Origin: a virus
Lineage: Duplodnaviria > Caudoviricetes
DNA: 59,796 nucleotides
Strand: one strand, 5' to 3'
IMG/VR virus record: IMGVR_UViG_3300036773_000041
Coordinates: 1 to 59,796 of that record
Shown here piece after piece: positions 45,565 to 54,160 of the stretch. The number at the start of each line of letters is the position of its first letter. The first letter of the stretch is position 1. The position numbers were made by a program, and so were the translations under genes. The notes below the pieces were generated by a model. That model saw only the letters and a program-made list of their open reading frames with translations, made no database searches and was not told the origin of the DNA.

Positions 45565-45799
45565 CGCGTCCATCACGATCAAGTTCGAGGACATCCGGGA
45601 CAAGGTCGCGGCGCTGATCGACGCCGAGATGCGGGCCGTCATCGACGAGCGGAACACGCTCCGGGCCAGCGTCGACGCCGTCACCGCCCTCCTCGACCAG
45701 CAGGACCTGATCTCCCCGAACGCGATCGTCGAAACCCGCTACGTCCGGATGGCGGTCGACACCGGGCAGGTGCCGTTCATCCTCAAGCGGCGGCAGTGA
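45557..45799 (+). CDS. Hypothetical protein
   Basis: GGAG RBS; overlap with neighbour. Confidence 0.55.
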   Translation: MADASITIKFEDIRDKVAALIDAEMRAVIDERNTLRASVDAVTALLDQQDLISPNAIVETRYVRMAVDTGQVPFILKRRQ

Positions 45800-46194
45800 T
45801 GGGGCTCGCGTCGCTGCTCCGGCACGTCGGGATCCACACCCCGAACGGCGTCACCGTCGACGGCATCCCGGTCGAGGCCGAGGAGTTCATCGAGACCGCG
45901 GCGATCCTCGCCGAGCCCTACAACGAGGAGATCACCCAGCTCCGCGACAGCCTGCAACGCGAGCTCGCACTGCGGGCGGCTGCCGTCGAGGCGCGCGCCA
46001 AGCACCACTGCCGCCACGTTGGGTGGCTCACCGGCCGCGCCGCCGCGTTGCGCCTCGACGCCGACCGCGCCGACCGCGACTCCATCGCCGCGGAGACAGC
46101 CACAGCACAGGGCGTCCTATCGGAGCGGGCCCGCGTCTACCGGCTATGCGCGCTCGAGCTGGACAACCTCGCCGCCGAACTCGGCGCCGCATGA
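45796..46194 (+). CDS. Hypothetical protein
   Basis: Coupled start/stop. Confidence 0.55.
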   Translation: MMGLASLLRHVGIHTPNGVTVDGIPVEAEEFIETAAILAEPYNEEITQLRDSLQRELALRAAAVEARAKHHCRHVGWLTGRAAALRLDADRADRDSIAAETATAQGVLSERARVYRLCALELDNLAAELGAA

Positions 46195-46379
46195 GCTGCC
46201 ACATGCCCAAGGGCGGCACAGACGAGGGCGCCTGCGACCAGCCCCCGCGGTACGCCGCCCGGCTGACCTGGTCCTGCCAGCCCGAGATCCATCTCTGCGA
46301 AGACCACGCCGCGGTCGAGCGGGCCCACGGTGACGTGATCGAGATCCGGTCGCTGCCACGCGAACAGGCGGCCCGGTGA
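46191..46379 (+). CDS. Small Cys/His protein
   Basis: Coupled; C...C...LCEDH. Confidence 0.5.
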   Translation: MSCHMPKGGTDEGACDQPPRYAARLTWSCQPEIHLCEDHAAVERAHGDVIEIRSLPREQAAR

Positions 46380-46768
46380 TCCTCCGCTGGTCCGAGGACG
46401 ACCTCCTCAACAACACCGTCGAACTCGCCATGACCTGCCGCTGGGCGGTTAACCACGGCCGCCCCGCCCGCACCGCGGACGGCCGCTGGCGCACACCGAT
46501 CATGGGCCACAAAGGCTTCCCCGACCTGGTGCTCGCCCGCGCCGGCCTGGTCCTGTTCCGCGAGCTCAAGGGCTACGACAAGCGTGGCCGCCTCGGCAAG
46601 CTGAGCGGCGAGCAACGCGACTGGGGCAAGCAACTCGACCCGCTGTGGTCACCAGACCGCGGCGCCGAGCAATGGGCGTCGGGCGGCCCCGTGTTCGACG
46701 TCTGGACCCCTGACGACTGGCCCCTGATCCAAGCCACCCTGACCGCCCGAGCACGGAGGACCGCATGA
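46376..46768 (+). CDS. VRR-NUC domain nuclease
   Basis: GFPDLVL...FRELK...LSGEQRDW...VWTPDDW. Confidence 0.85.
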   Translation: MILRWSEDDLLNNTVELAMTCRWAVNHGRPARTADGRWRTPIMGHKGFPDLVLARAGLVLFRELKGYDKRGRLGKLSGEQRDWGKQLDPLWSPDRGAEQWASGGPVFDVWTPDDWPLIQATLTARARRTA

Positions 46769-47007
46769 CCCAACCAGACGACGACGCAGCGGCCGCCGCA
46801 CGCGAGCAGCTCCTCGCCTCCATGAGCGCGACCGCCGACCTCGTCGCCACCATCTCCGGCCAACGCCAGCAGTACCTCGACGCCGGCTGGGACCTCGTGT
46901 CCGCGTCGCAGATCATCACCGCGATGTGGCAGACGGCGGCCGCCGATAAGTGGCTCGAGGTGCTGCGGTTCTACCCGGCCGCGCAGCAACCGACGCAGGG
47001 AGACTGA
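46765..47007 (+). CDS. Hypothetical protein
   Basis: GGAGG RBS; coupled. Confidence 0.55.
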   Translation: MTQPDDDAAAAAREQLLASMSATADLVATISGQRQQYLDAGWDLVSASQIITAMWQTAAADKWLEVLRFYPAAQQPTQGD

Positions 47008-47012
47008 GCCGT

Positions 47013-47288
47013 ATGAGCGACCTGACCGAGTTCCTCCTCGCCCGCATCGCCGAAGACGAACAGGGAGCGCATGCGATCCACGACCGGCGAGAGGATCGGT
47101 TCTCAGAGCCAGATATGCAGGGCATCGATTGTGCGTGCGGCGTTCCGGCTCGGGTGCTGGCCTTCTGCGTCGCGGCCCGAACGATCATCGCCGACTACGA
47201 CCCGATCGAGCACCCCACTGGGCCGCTGCACGCGCTCGCCGGCATCTGGTCAGACCATCCCGACTTCCGGCAGGAGTGGCGCCCATGA
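47013..47288 (+). CDS. DUF6221-like protein
   Basis: LTEFLLARIAEDE...PARVLA...DHPDFRQEW. Confidence 0.75.
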   Translation: MSDLTEFLLARIAEDEQGAHAIHDRREDRFSEPDMQGIDCACGVPARVLAFCVAARTIIADYDPIEHPTGPLHALAGIWSDHPDFRQEWRP

Positions 47289-47698
47289 CCAACCCCGCTG
47301 GCCCTCGGGCGCTTGAGGCGCTCCGCGACGCGACGCCGACAGCACGGCAGGCAGCGCAGGCAGCCGACAACGCGATCCGTGCAGGGTTCGCCGAAGGCCC
47401 CGAGCACGTCGTCGTCGGCTACGACCTCGTGGCCGTCAGCGTCTGCCCGGTCTGCGACGAACGGTTCCCGCACCCGAACGCCCCGCCGCAGCACTGGCTC
47501 GAACAAACGATCCGGGAACACGCCGAGGCCCACACGCCCCGCGAATACCTCGAGGCGATCGCCCGCCTCAACACCCAGATCGCCGAACTGCGAGCCCGGC
47601 TCATAGGCGGTGACCCACCACCACCGGACGTGGACACCGCGCTCGCCCAGCTCGACGCAGCCACCGAGACCTACCGCCAAGCGCTGGAGGCCGAATGA
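47285..47698 (+). CDS. Hypothetical protein
   Basis: Coupled; CPVC...H motif. Confidence 0.55.
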   Translation: MTNPAGPRALEALRDATPTARQAAQAADNAIRAGFAEGPEHVVVGYDLVAVSVCPVCDERFPHPNAPPQHWLEQTIREHAEAHTPREYLEAIARLNTQIAELRARLIGGDPPPPDVDTALAQLDAATETYRQALEAE

Positions 47699-48681
47699 CC
47701 GATCCACGCACCTGCCCCGGCCACGCCTGCACGGCCGCCGTCACCGACGAATTCTTGTGCCGGGCGTGTCAGCGCCGCGCCGAACGGATCCTGGGCGACC
47801 TCCCCGCCCTGACCCGCGAGTTGGAGACGACCGTCACCCGGCAGGACCGCATCGCGTCCGGCGGCAAGAGAGGCAAGGGCCACGACCAGCCCGCCGTCGC
47901 CAACCTCTCCGCATCCGACCGCGGCCGCCGCGAGCTGGAGTTGCTGTTCGAGTGGGCTGACGCTGTTGCCGCCTGGCGCCGCGTGAAGGGCCTACCCCTG
48001 TTCGCCCGCCAGGTGCCGCTGACGCAGCTGGTCCCGGCCGCCGTCGCGATCCTGCTGCGGTACTCGGACTGGATGCGGACCCACCCCGACGGCCCCGACC
48101 TCGCCTCCGCGATCTGGTACGTCCGGCAAGGCGTCCGCCGCATCATCGACGTCCGCGAAGAACGCCTCTACGCCGGGCCGTGCCACGAGCCGATCAGCGG
48201 CGACCCGGGCGACCTGTGCCGGCTGCCGCTGTACCGCAAGTGGGGCGCCGACGACATCGTCTGCGACGGCTACGAACCTGGCGGCCATGTGGTGGGGCTG
48301 CGCGGGTTCGAGGGCTGCGGCCACGTCCACCGAGCGGCCGACCGGCACCTGTTCCTCATCGCCTCGGTCGAGGAGTATCTGCTGCCGCTGAAGCTGGTCT
48401 GGGAATCGCTGTACGTCCTGATCCCGGGCTGCGAGATCGCGTGGAAGACGGTGCATCAGTGGACGAAGGTGCGCGAAACGCGCACGACAGTTCCGACTAA
48501 AGCGGGAGGAAAGCGCACGCGCGTCACTCGGACCCCGGCCCGTCTCAAACGCGCCAGCGAGGACGCCCTCGGTCGGCCCCTCTACCGCGGCGCCGACATC
48601 CTCCGCCTCGCCCAAGAAGACCTCGCCCCCGCACGCCCCAGACGCGGCCGTCGGCGTGTCACCCGCGCCAAAGTTGCCTGA
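47695..48681 (+). CDS. Zn-binding/HTH protein, putative late-gene regulator
   Basis: LCRAC...LGDLPAL...YAGPC...TVHQW...GRPLYRGADIL; last gene of the early operon. Confidence 0.6.
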   Translation: MTDPRTCPGHACTAAVTDEFLCRACQRRAERILGDLPALTRELETTVTRQDRIASGGKRGKGHDQPAVANLSASDRGRRELELLFEWADAVAAWRRVKGLPLFARQVPLTQLVPAAVAILLRYSDWMRTHPDGPDLASAIWYVRQGVRRIIDVREERLYAGPCHEPISGDPGDLCRLPLYRKWGADDIVCDGYEPGGHVVGLRGFEGCGHVHRAADRHLFLIASVEEYLLPLKLVWESLYVLIPGCEIAWKTVHQWTKVRETRTTVPTKAGGKRTRVTRTPARLKRASEDALGRPLYRGADILRLAQEDLAPARPRRGRRRVTRAKVA

Positions 48682-48788
48682 TGATCACCGCGTCGTGCAT
48701 GATTTGAGGACGCGAAGGCCTATTCAGCGTGCCCGCGTAACCCCTCGACTACCAATTGCGCAGCCCCGATCACGCGCCACAAGGTACG

Positions 48789-48822
48789 GAAGCCCCGGTC
48801 CAATCGGGTGGGCCGGGGCTTC
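48789..48822. terminator. GC-rich hairpin upstream of the tRNA
   Basis: GAAGCCCCGGTCCA / TGGGCCGGGGCTTC inverted repeat; lacks a U tract. Confidence 0.45.
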
Positions 48823-48832
48823 ACCATGTCTA

Positions 48833-48908
48833 CGCCCGGTAGGGGAGTTCGGCTGTCCCCGCCGCCCTCATACAGCGGAGATCGCAGGTTCGAATCCTGC
48901 CCGGGCTA
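48833..48908 (+). tRNA. tRNA with CAT anticodon (Met/fMet-like), CCA not encoded
   Basis: Cloverleaf: acceptor CGCCCGG/CCGGGCT, D stem GGGG/CCCC, anticodon arm CCGCC-CTCATAC-AGCGG, T arm GCAGG-TTCGAAT-CCTGC. Confidence 0.85.
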
Positions 48909-49070
48909 CTGTCCCCGCGCCCCGTGCGGGCATCCGCCGAGTGACCCCCATACGCGCTGTGGAAGAACGGCTGCAACGGGGCTGCGCCCATGGCGGCGGG
49001 TGAACTCCCGCAACCTGTGGAAGGTCGGGACGCGGGGACTCCAACCAACCGACGAGGGGAGGCGCACACC

Positions 49071-49517
49071 ATGACCGACACCACGCATCGACACACGCGG
49101 CAGCGGCTGTGCAGCCTGCCCGGCTGCGGCGAGCCCGCCACCCGGCAGTGGCAGCGCGCCGCGACCGACAGAGAGACCGCCGCCTACGTCGACGGGATCG
49201 CGGCCCGGGTCGCCGACCAGCACGCCCTCGCCGCCGTCAACCTCCAGGTGCGGCTCGCCGAGCTCGAGCACCGGCAGATCATCCTGCCGCCCACGGCTGA
49301 GGGTGAACACGTCGCCCGGCTGTTGGCCGACAACATCGCCGAGACGCAGCGCCAGCTCGCCGAGTTGGGCGACGCCGGCCCCGTGTCCGTCGAGCATCAC
49401 CTCCCGTGCACCGTGGCGGTGTTCGGCTGCGACGCCCACGCACCAGACCTGGACCACGCCGCCGAGCTGCACGCCGAGCGCTGCCTCACCGCCGACCCGT
49501 GCGGCTGCCCCCGATGA
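49071..49517 (+). CDS. Cys/His-rich hypothetical protein
   Basis: GGGAGG RBS; CSLPGC...QWQR...VFGCDAH...CGC. Confidence 0.65.
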   Translation: MTDTTHRHTRQRLCSLPGCGEPATRQWQRAATDRETAAYVDGIAARVADQHALAAVNLQVRLAELEHRQIILPPTAEGEHVARLLADNIAETQRQLAELGDAGPVSVEHHLPCTVAVFGCDAHAPDLDHAAELHAERCLTADPCGCPR

Positions 49518-50131
49518 CCGCCAAGACCTGCCGGAAGTGCCAGCAGGTCCACGAGCGGTGCACCGCGCACAACCGCCGCGGCGGCCCATGCGGCGGGCAT
49601 CCGTCCGCGGGGTTCCGGGTGTGCCGCCTCCACGGCGCCGAGTCACCGAACGCGAAGGCCGGCGCTGAGAAGCGGCTCGCCGAAGCCCAGGCTGTCGCGC
49701 TCGCCGCACGCTGGGCCATCCCGGTCGACGCCAATCCCGTCGAGACGATCCTCGACCAGATCAAGTGGTCGGCCGGGCACGTCGCGTTCTACCGCACCCA
49801 GGTCGACGCCCTCAACACCAAGGACATGGTGTGGGGGCAGACCAAGGAGAAGCAAGGCGGCGAGGACTGGGGCGCCACCTACGAGGCGCAGCAGTCCGCG
49901 TGGCTCGTGCTGTACAACCAGGAACGCGAGCGGCTGGTCAAGTTCTGCTCCGAAGCGATCCGCGCCGGCATCGAAGAGCGCCGCGTCCGCCTCGCCGAGC
50001 AGCAAGGCGCCCTCGTCGCCGAAGCGATCCGCGCGATCCTCGGCGAGCTGCACCTCACCGCCGAGCAGCAGGCCCTCGTCCCCGAGGTCGTGCCGAGGCA
50101 TCTGCGGCTCCTCGCCGGAGGCGCCCAGTGA
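49514..50131 (+). CDS. Terminase small subunit-like (HGGxSTG-type N-terminus)
   Basis: CTAH...PC...CRLHGAESP; LYNQERERL...AGIEERRV; directly before TerL. Confidence 0.75.
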   Translation: MTAKTCRKCQQVHERCTAHNRRGGPCGGHPSAGFRVCRLHGAESPNAKAGAEKRLAEAQAVALAARWAIPVDANPVETILDQIKWSAGHVAFYRTQVDALNTKDMVWGQTKEKQGGEDWGATYEAQQSAWLVLYNQERERLVKFCSEAIRAGIEERRVRLAEQQGALVAEAIRAILGELHLTAEQQALVPEVVPRHLRLLAGGAQ

Positions 50132-50158
50132 GCGGCTCCGACTGACCGAGGGGGCTCG

Positions 50159-51793
50159 ATGACGGCCTCCCTCGACTGGGTCGAACACGCAGCCCGATCG
50201 TTCGAACCCGGCGGCACCACCCGGATCGCGCAGTGGGACACCCCCGGTGACCTCGCCCGGGCGGTCAACCCGCACACGGTGCAGACACCGGCGTTGGACC
50301 TGATCGACCGCGAGCTCGTGCAGGCGTGGAACACCCCGGACGCGCGGCTGATCATCTCGATGCCGCCGCAGGAGGGGAAGTCCGAGCGGGTCACGAAGAC
50401 CGGGAACCTGTGGGCACTGACCCGCAACCCGGACACCCGCATCGCGATCGCCTCCTACGCCCAGTCGTTGGCGGAGGGGTTCGGCCGGGAGATCCGCAAC
50501 TGGATCACCACGAACAACGGCGACGACGACACCCTCGACCTCGGCCTGGCGATCGCCCGCGACAACGGCGCCGCCCGACGCTGGCAACTCTCCGGCCACC
50601 GCGGCGGCGTCATCTGCGTCGGCATCGGATCCGGGTTCACCGGCCGCCCCGCCGACGCGCTGGTCATCGACGACCCGTTCGCCGACGCCGAGCAAGCCGA
50701 CTCCGAGTACTACCGCGACCGCGTCTGGGAATGGTGGCAGGCCGTCTCCGGGCCGCGTCTCGCCCCCGGCGCGCCGGTCATCGTGATCCTGACCCGCTGG
50801 CATGAGGACGACCTCGCCGGCCGCCTCCAAGCCGCCGAGGACGGCCACGTGTGGCGGGTCCTGAACATCCCCGCCCAGGCCGACCACAAACCCGACGAAG
50901 GCCAGACCGACCCGCTCGGCCGTGAGCCGGGGCAGTGGCTGCAATCGGCGCGGCGGCGCAGCCGTGAGCAGTGGGAAGCGATCCGGATCCGGTCCGGGTC
51001 CCGCGTGTTCAACGCCCTCTACCAAGGCCACCCGTCACCGGACTCCGGGAACGTGTGGAAACGGCCGTGGTGGCGCCGCTACCGCACGATGCTGTGGACG
51101 CAGCACCCCAACGACCCCGCCGCGTACCTCGTCCACGACATGGACGAGGTCATCCAGTCCTGGGACATGACGTTCAAGGACACCAAAGGCAGCGACTTCG
51201 TCTCCGCCACCGTCTGGGCCCGCCGCGGCGCCGAAGTGTTCCTCCTCGACAAGATCCACAAGCGGCTCACGTTCACCGACACCCTCGCCGCGTTCCGTGC
51301 CCTGACCGCGAAATGGCCGCAGGCGACCGCGAAACTCGTCGAGGACAAAGCCAACGGCACCGCCGTGATCAACATGCTGCAGTCGGAGATCGGCGGCATC
51401 GTGCCGGTCAACCCGACCGAATCGAAATACGCCCGCGCGAACGCCGTGTCACCGTTCATCGAGGCCGGCAACGTGTACCTCCCCGACGACGAGATCGCGT
51501 TGCCGGGCGTCGACGTCGACTCACTGATCGACGAGGCCGCGGCGTTCCCGAACGCCGCCCACGACGACGAGGTCGACTCGACCTCCCAAGCGCTGGCGAG
51601 GCTGCTCTTGGACGGCACAGGCGCACAGGCCTGGATGGAGTACCTCAAGCGGCTCGCTGCCGGCGAGCCCGCACCCGGCAACCAACCCGCTGCGCCACCG
51701 GCCGTCGAGCCGGCCGCCGAACCCGATCCCGACGACGGGTTGAGCCCGCTGCAGCGGGCCCGCAACGAAGCGTTCCGCGCCAACTACCGGTAA
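50159..51793 (+). CDS. terL: Terminase large subunit
   Basis: MPPQEGKS Walker A, IDDP Walker B, TRWHEDD, SWD, EDKANG and HDDEVDS motifs. Confidence 0.96.
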   Translation: MTASLDWVEHAARSFEPGGTTRIAQWDTPGDLARAVNPHTVQTPALDLIDRELVQAWNTPDARLIISMPPQEGKSERVTKTGNLWALTRNPDTRIAIASYAQSLAEGFGREIRNWITTNNGDDDTLDLGLAIARDNGAARRWQLSGHRGGVICVGIGSGFTGRPADALVIDDPFADAEQADSEYYRDRVWEWWQAVSGPRLAPGAPVIVILTRWHEDDLAGRLQAAEDGHVWRVLNIPAQADHKPDEGQTDPLGREPGQWLQSARRRSREQWEAIRIRSGSRVFNALYQGHPSPDSGNVWKRPWWRRYRTMLWTQHPNDPAAYLVHDMDEVIQSWDMTFKDTKGSDFVSATVWARRGAEVFLLDKIHKRLTFTDTLAAFRALTAKWPQATAKLVEDKANGTAVINMLQSEIGGIVPVNPTESKYARANAVSPFIEAGNVYLPDDEIALPGVDVDSLIDEAAAFPNAAHDDEVDSTSQALARLLLDGTGAQAWMEYLKRLAAGEPAPGNQPAAPPAVEPAAEPDPDDGLSPLQRARNEAFRANYR

Positions 51794-51814
51794 AGAGAAG
51801 GGGGGCACCACTCG

Positions 51815-54160
51815 ATGGGTGTGGTCTCCCGCCTCCGGAAGGTCTTCGGACCTCCAGCCTCGGCAGCGATCCAGGCGTCTGAGCAGACGCAGGGCATGAC
51901 CCCGGACCGGGCGTTCTCCCCCGGGGAGCCGATCGGCCCCTACGACGGGTACTCGACCACCCCGCGTAGCCGTGACTTCGTCACCGGCTACAACATCGCC
52001 GCCCGTCCGCGCCGCAACGAGCGGGTGTCGTTCGAGACGCTCCGGGGCCTGGTCGACGCCTACGACGTCGCGCAGATGTGCATCTGGCACCGCATCGACT
52101 CGATCCGTTCGTTGAAGTGGTCCCTCGTCGCCGGCGACAGCGTCGAGGGTGACGTCACCGACGCCATCAAGATCGGTAAGGCGGCGCTCACGAAGCCGGA
52201 CCGGCGGATGCCGTTCAAGCCGTGGCTCGGGAAGTGGCTCTACGACATCCTCGCGTTCGACGCCGGCACCCTGTACCGGCTGCGGAACCGCGGCGGCCGG
52301 GCGATCGGGTTGAAGGTCGTCGACGGCACCAGCATCGCCCCGCTGCTGGATGCGTGGGGCGACTCACCGGAATCGCCGGCGCCGTCGTTCGTGCAGTTCG
52401 CGCAGGGCGTGCCGTGGGTGTGGCTCACCGAGGACGACCTGATCTACTCGCCGTTCCGGGCCACCAGCTCGACGCCGTATGGGAAGTCGCCGATCGAGAC
52501 GATCCTCCTCAACGCCAACACCGACCTGCGGTTCCAGTCGTACTTCCTGCAGCGGTTCACCGACGGCAACATCCCCGAGGCGTTCGCTTCCGCGCCCGAG
52601 ACGTGGACCGCCGACCAGGTGCAGCAATTCCAGCAGTACTGGGACACGTTCATGCTCGGCGACCAGGCCGCGAAGCATCAGGTGAAGTGGATCCCCGGCG
52701 GCGGCGGCATCGAATGGTCCAACGAGAAGGACTACAGCGACGCGTTCTCCCTGTTCCTGATGCGGAAGACGTGCGCCGCCTACCACGTCACCCCTGCGTC
52801 GCTCGGGTTCACCGACAACGTCAACCGCTCCAGCGGCGAGTCGCAGGCCGACGTGCAGGACACCGTCGGGGACCGGCCCCTGGCCGAGCACATCCAGGAC
52901 GTGCTGACCGCGTTCATCCATGACGACCTCGGCCTGCCGCTGAAGTTCGAGTTCGACCTCGGCGACGAGGAAGAGGACCGGCTCGCGACCGCCCAGTCCG
53001 ACGGCCACTACATCGACCGTGGCGTCGTGTCCTCGTCGGAGATCCGGCAGATGCGTTACGGCCTCCCCGAGCCGAACGGCGTGCCGGTGCCCCGCTACAT
53101 CTACACGCCGCGCGCCGGGGCGATCCCCCTGTCGGCGCTGTACGCGGTCGCCGGCCCGACCGACCCCGAGTCGGCCGCGCCCGCCCCGGGCGCTGAGCTG
53201 CCCCACAAGCCGTTCGCGCTGATCGAGGGTGTCGCCCCGCAGGAGCCGCCGAAGGCGCCCCCGCTCGCGGTCGTGCGCTACCCCGAGGACAACGCGCCGT
53301 CGGTGGCGGCTGCGGTCGCCACGCAGGACGATCCGGTTCTGAAAGAGTTGACCGCCGGCATCACGTCGGACACCGGCGTCACCTCCTACGACCTGATCGG
53401 CCGCGACGGCGAGGTCATCGACGACGGCGACCCCGACGAGGTCGCCAAGTCCGTCGAGCTGGCCGCGTACCGCCGGTTCGTGAAGGCCCGCGCGCGCGCC
53501 GGGAAGTGGCGCGACTTCACCTTCGCGTCGCTCGACCCGGTCACCGCGCACCGCCTCAACGACCAGGGCCGCGCCGCCGTGCGGAAGGACGCCGGGCAGA
53601 CCATCGCCGCCGGCCTCGCCGTGCAAGCGGTCGACACCGGCCGCGTCCTGATGCTGCAACGGGCCCTCGCCGACGGCGACCCGGCCGGCGGCTGCTGGGA
53701 GTTCCCCGGCGGCCACGTCGAGGACGGCGAGACCCCGGTCGCTGCGGCGCGCCGTGAGTGGCAGGAGGAGGTGGGCTGCCTCCTCCCCGAAGGCGACGTC
53801 ACCGGCCAGTGGGCCAGCGGCAACGGCATCTATGAGGGCTTCGTCCTCACCATCGCCGCCGAGCAGATGGTCGACATCCGCGACCGCGGGCAGGTCAACA
53901 ACCCCGACGACCCCGACGGCGACATCGTCGAGGCCATCGCATGGTGGGACCCGACCCAGCTCGTCGGCATGCCGGCGCTGCGCCCGGAGCTCGCGGGCGA
54001 CCTCGACGTGGTCCTCAACTCCGTCTCCCGCGCCATCGACGACACGGTCGCTGCCGCGCAGACGGCCGGGCTGGTCAAGGCGAGTGATGCCGACCCAAAA
54101 GCCCCAGCTGGCGTGACGGCCCCGGGCTTGTTCCGCAGCATCAATTCGACCTACCGCTGA
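51815..54160 (+). CDS. Portal protein with C-terminal NUDIX domain
   Basis: YGKSPIE...FTDGNIP portal motifs; Nudix box GGHVEDGETPVAAARREWQEEVG. Confidence 0.9.
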   Translation: MGVVSRLRKVFGPPASAAIQASEQTQGMTPDRAFSPGEPIGPYDGYSTTPRSRDFVTGYNIAARPRRNERVSFETLRGLVDAYDVAQMCIWHRIDSIRSLKWSLVAGDSVEGDVTDAIKIGKAALTKPDRRMPFKPWLGKWLYDILAFDAGTLYRLRNRGGRAIGLKVVDGTSIAPLLDAWGDSPESPAPSFVQFAQGVPWVWLTEDDLIYSPFRATSSTPYGKSPIETILLNANTDLRFQSYFLQRFTDGNIPEAFASAPETWTADQVQQFQQYWDTFMLGDQAAKHQVKWIPGGGGIEWSNEKDYSDAFSLFLMRKTCAAYHVTPASLGFTDNVNRSSGESQADVQDTVGDRPLAEHIQDVLTAFIHDDLGLPLKFEFDLGDEEEDRLATAQSDGHYIDRGVVSSSEIRQMRYGLPEPNGVPVPRYIYTPRAGAIPLSALYAVAGPTDPESAAPAPGAELPHKPFALIEGVAPQEPPKAPPLAVVRYPEDNAPSVAAAVATQDDPVLKELTAGITSDTGVTSYDLIGRDGEVIDDGDPDEVAKSVELAAYRRFVKARARAGKWRDFTFASLDPVTAHRLNDQGRAAVRKDAGQTIAAGLAVQAVDTGRVLMLQRALADGDPAGGCWEFPGGHVEDGETPVAAARREWQEEVGCLLPEGDVTGQWASGNGIYEGFVLTIAAEQMVDIRDRGQVNNPDDPDGDIVEAIAWWDPTQLVGMPALRPELAGDLDVVLNSVSRAIDDTVAAAQTAGLVKASDADPKAPAGVTAPGLFRSINSTYR

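Noticed and set aside
48910-49070. Possible second structured RNA after the tRNA
   Set aside because: Only short GC-rich stems; no cloverleaf or family motif recognised.
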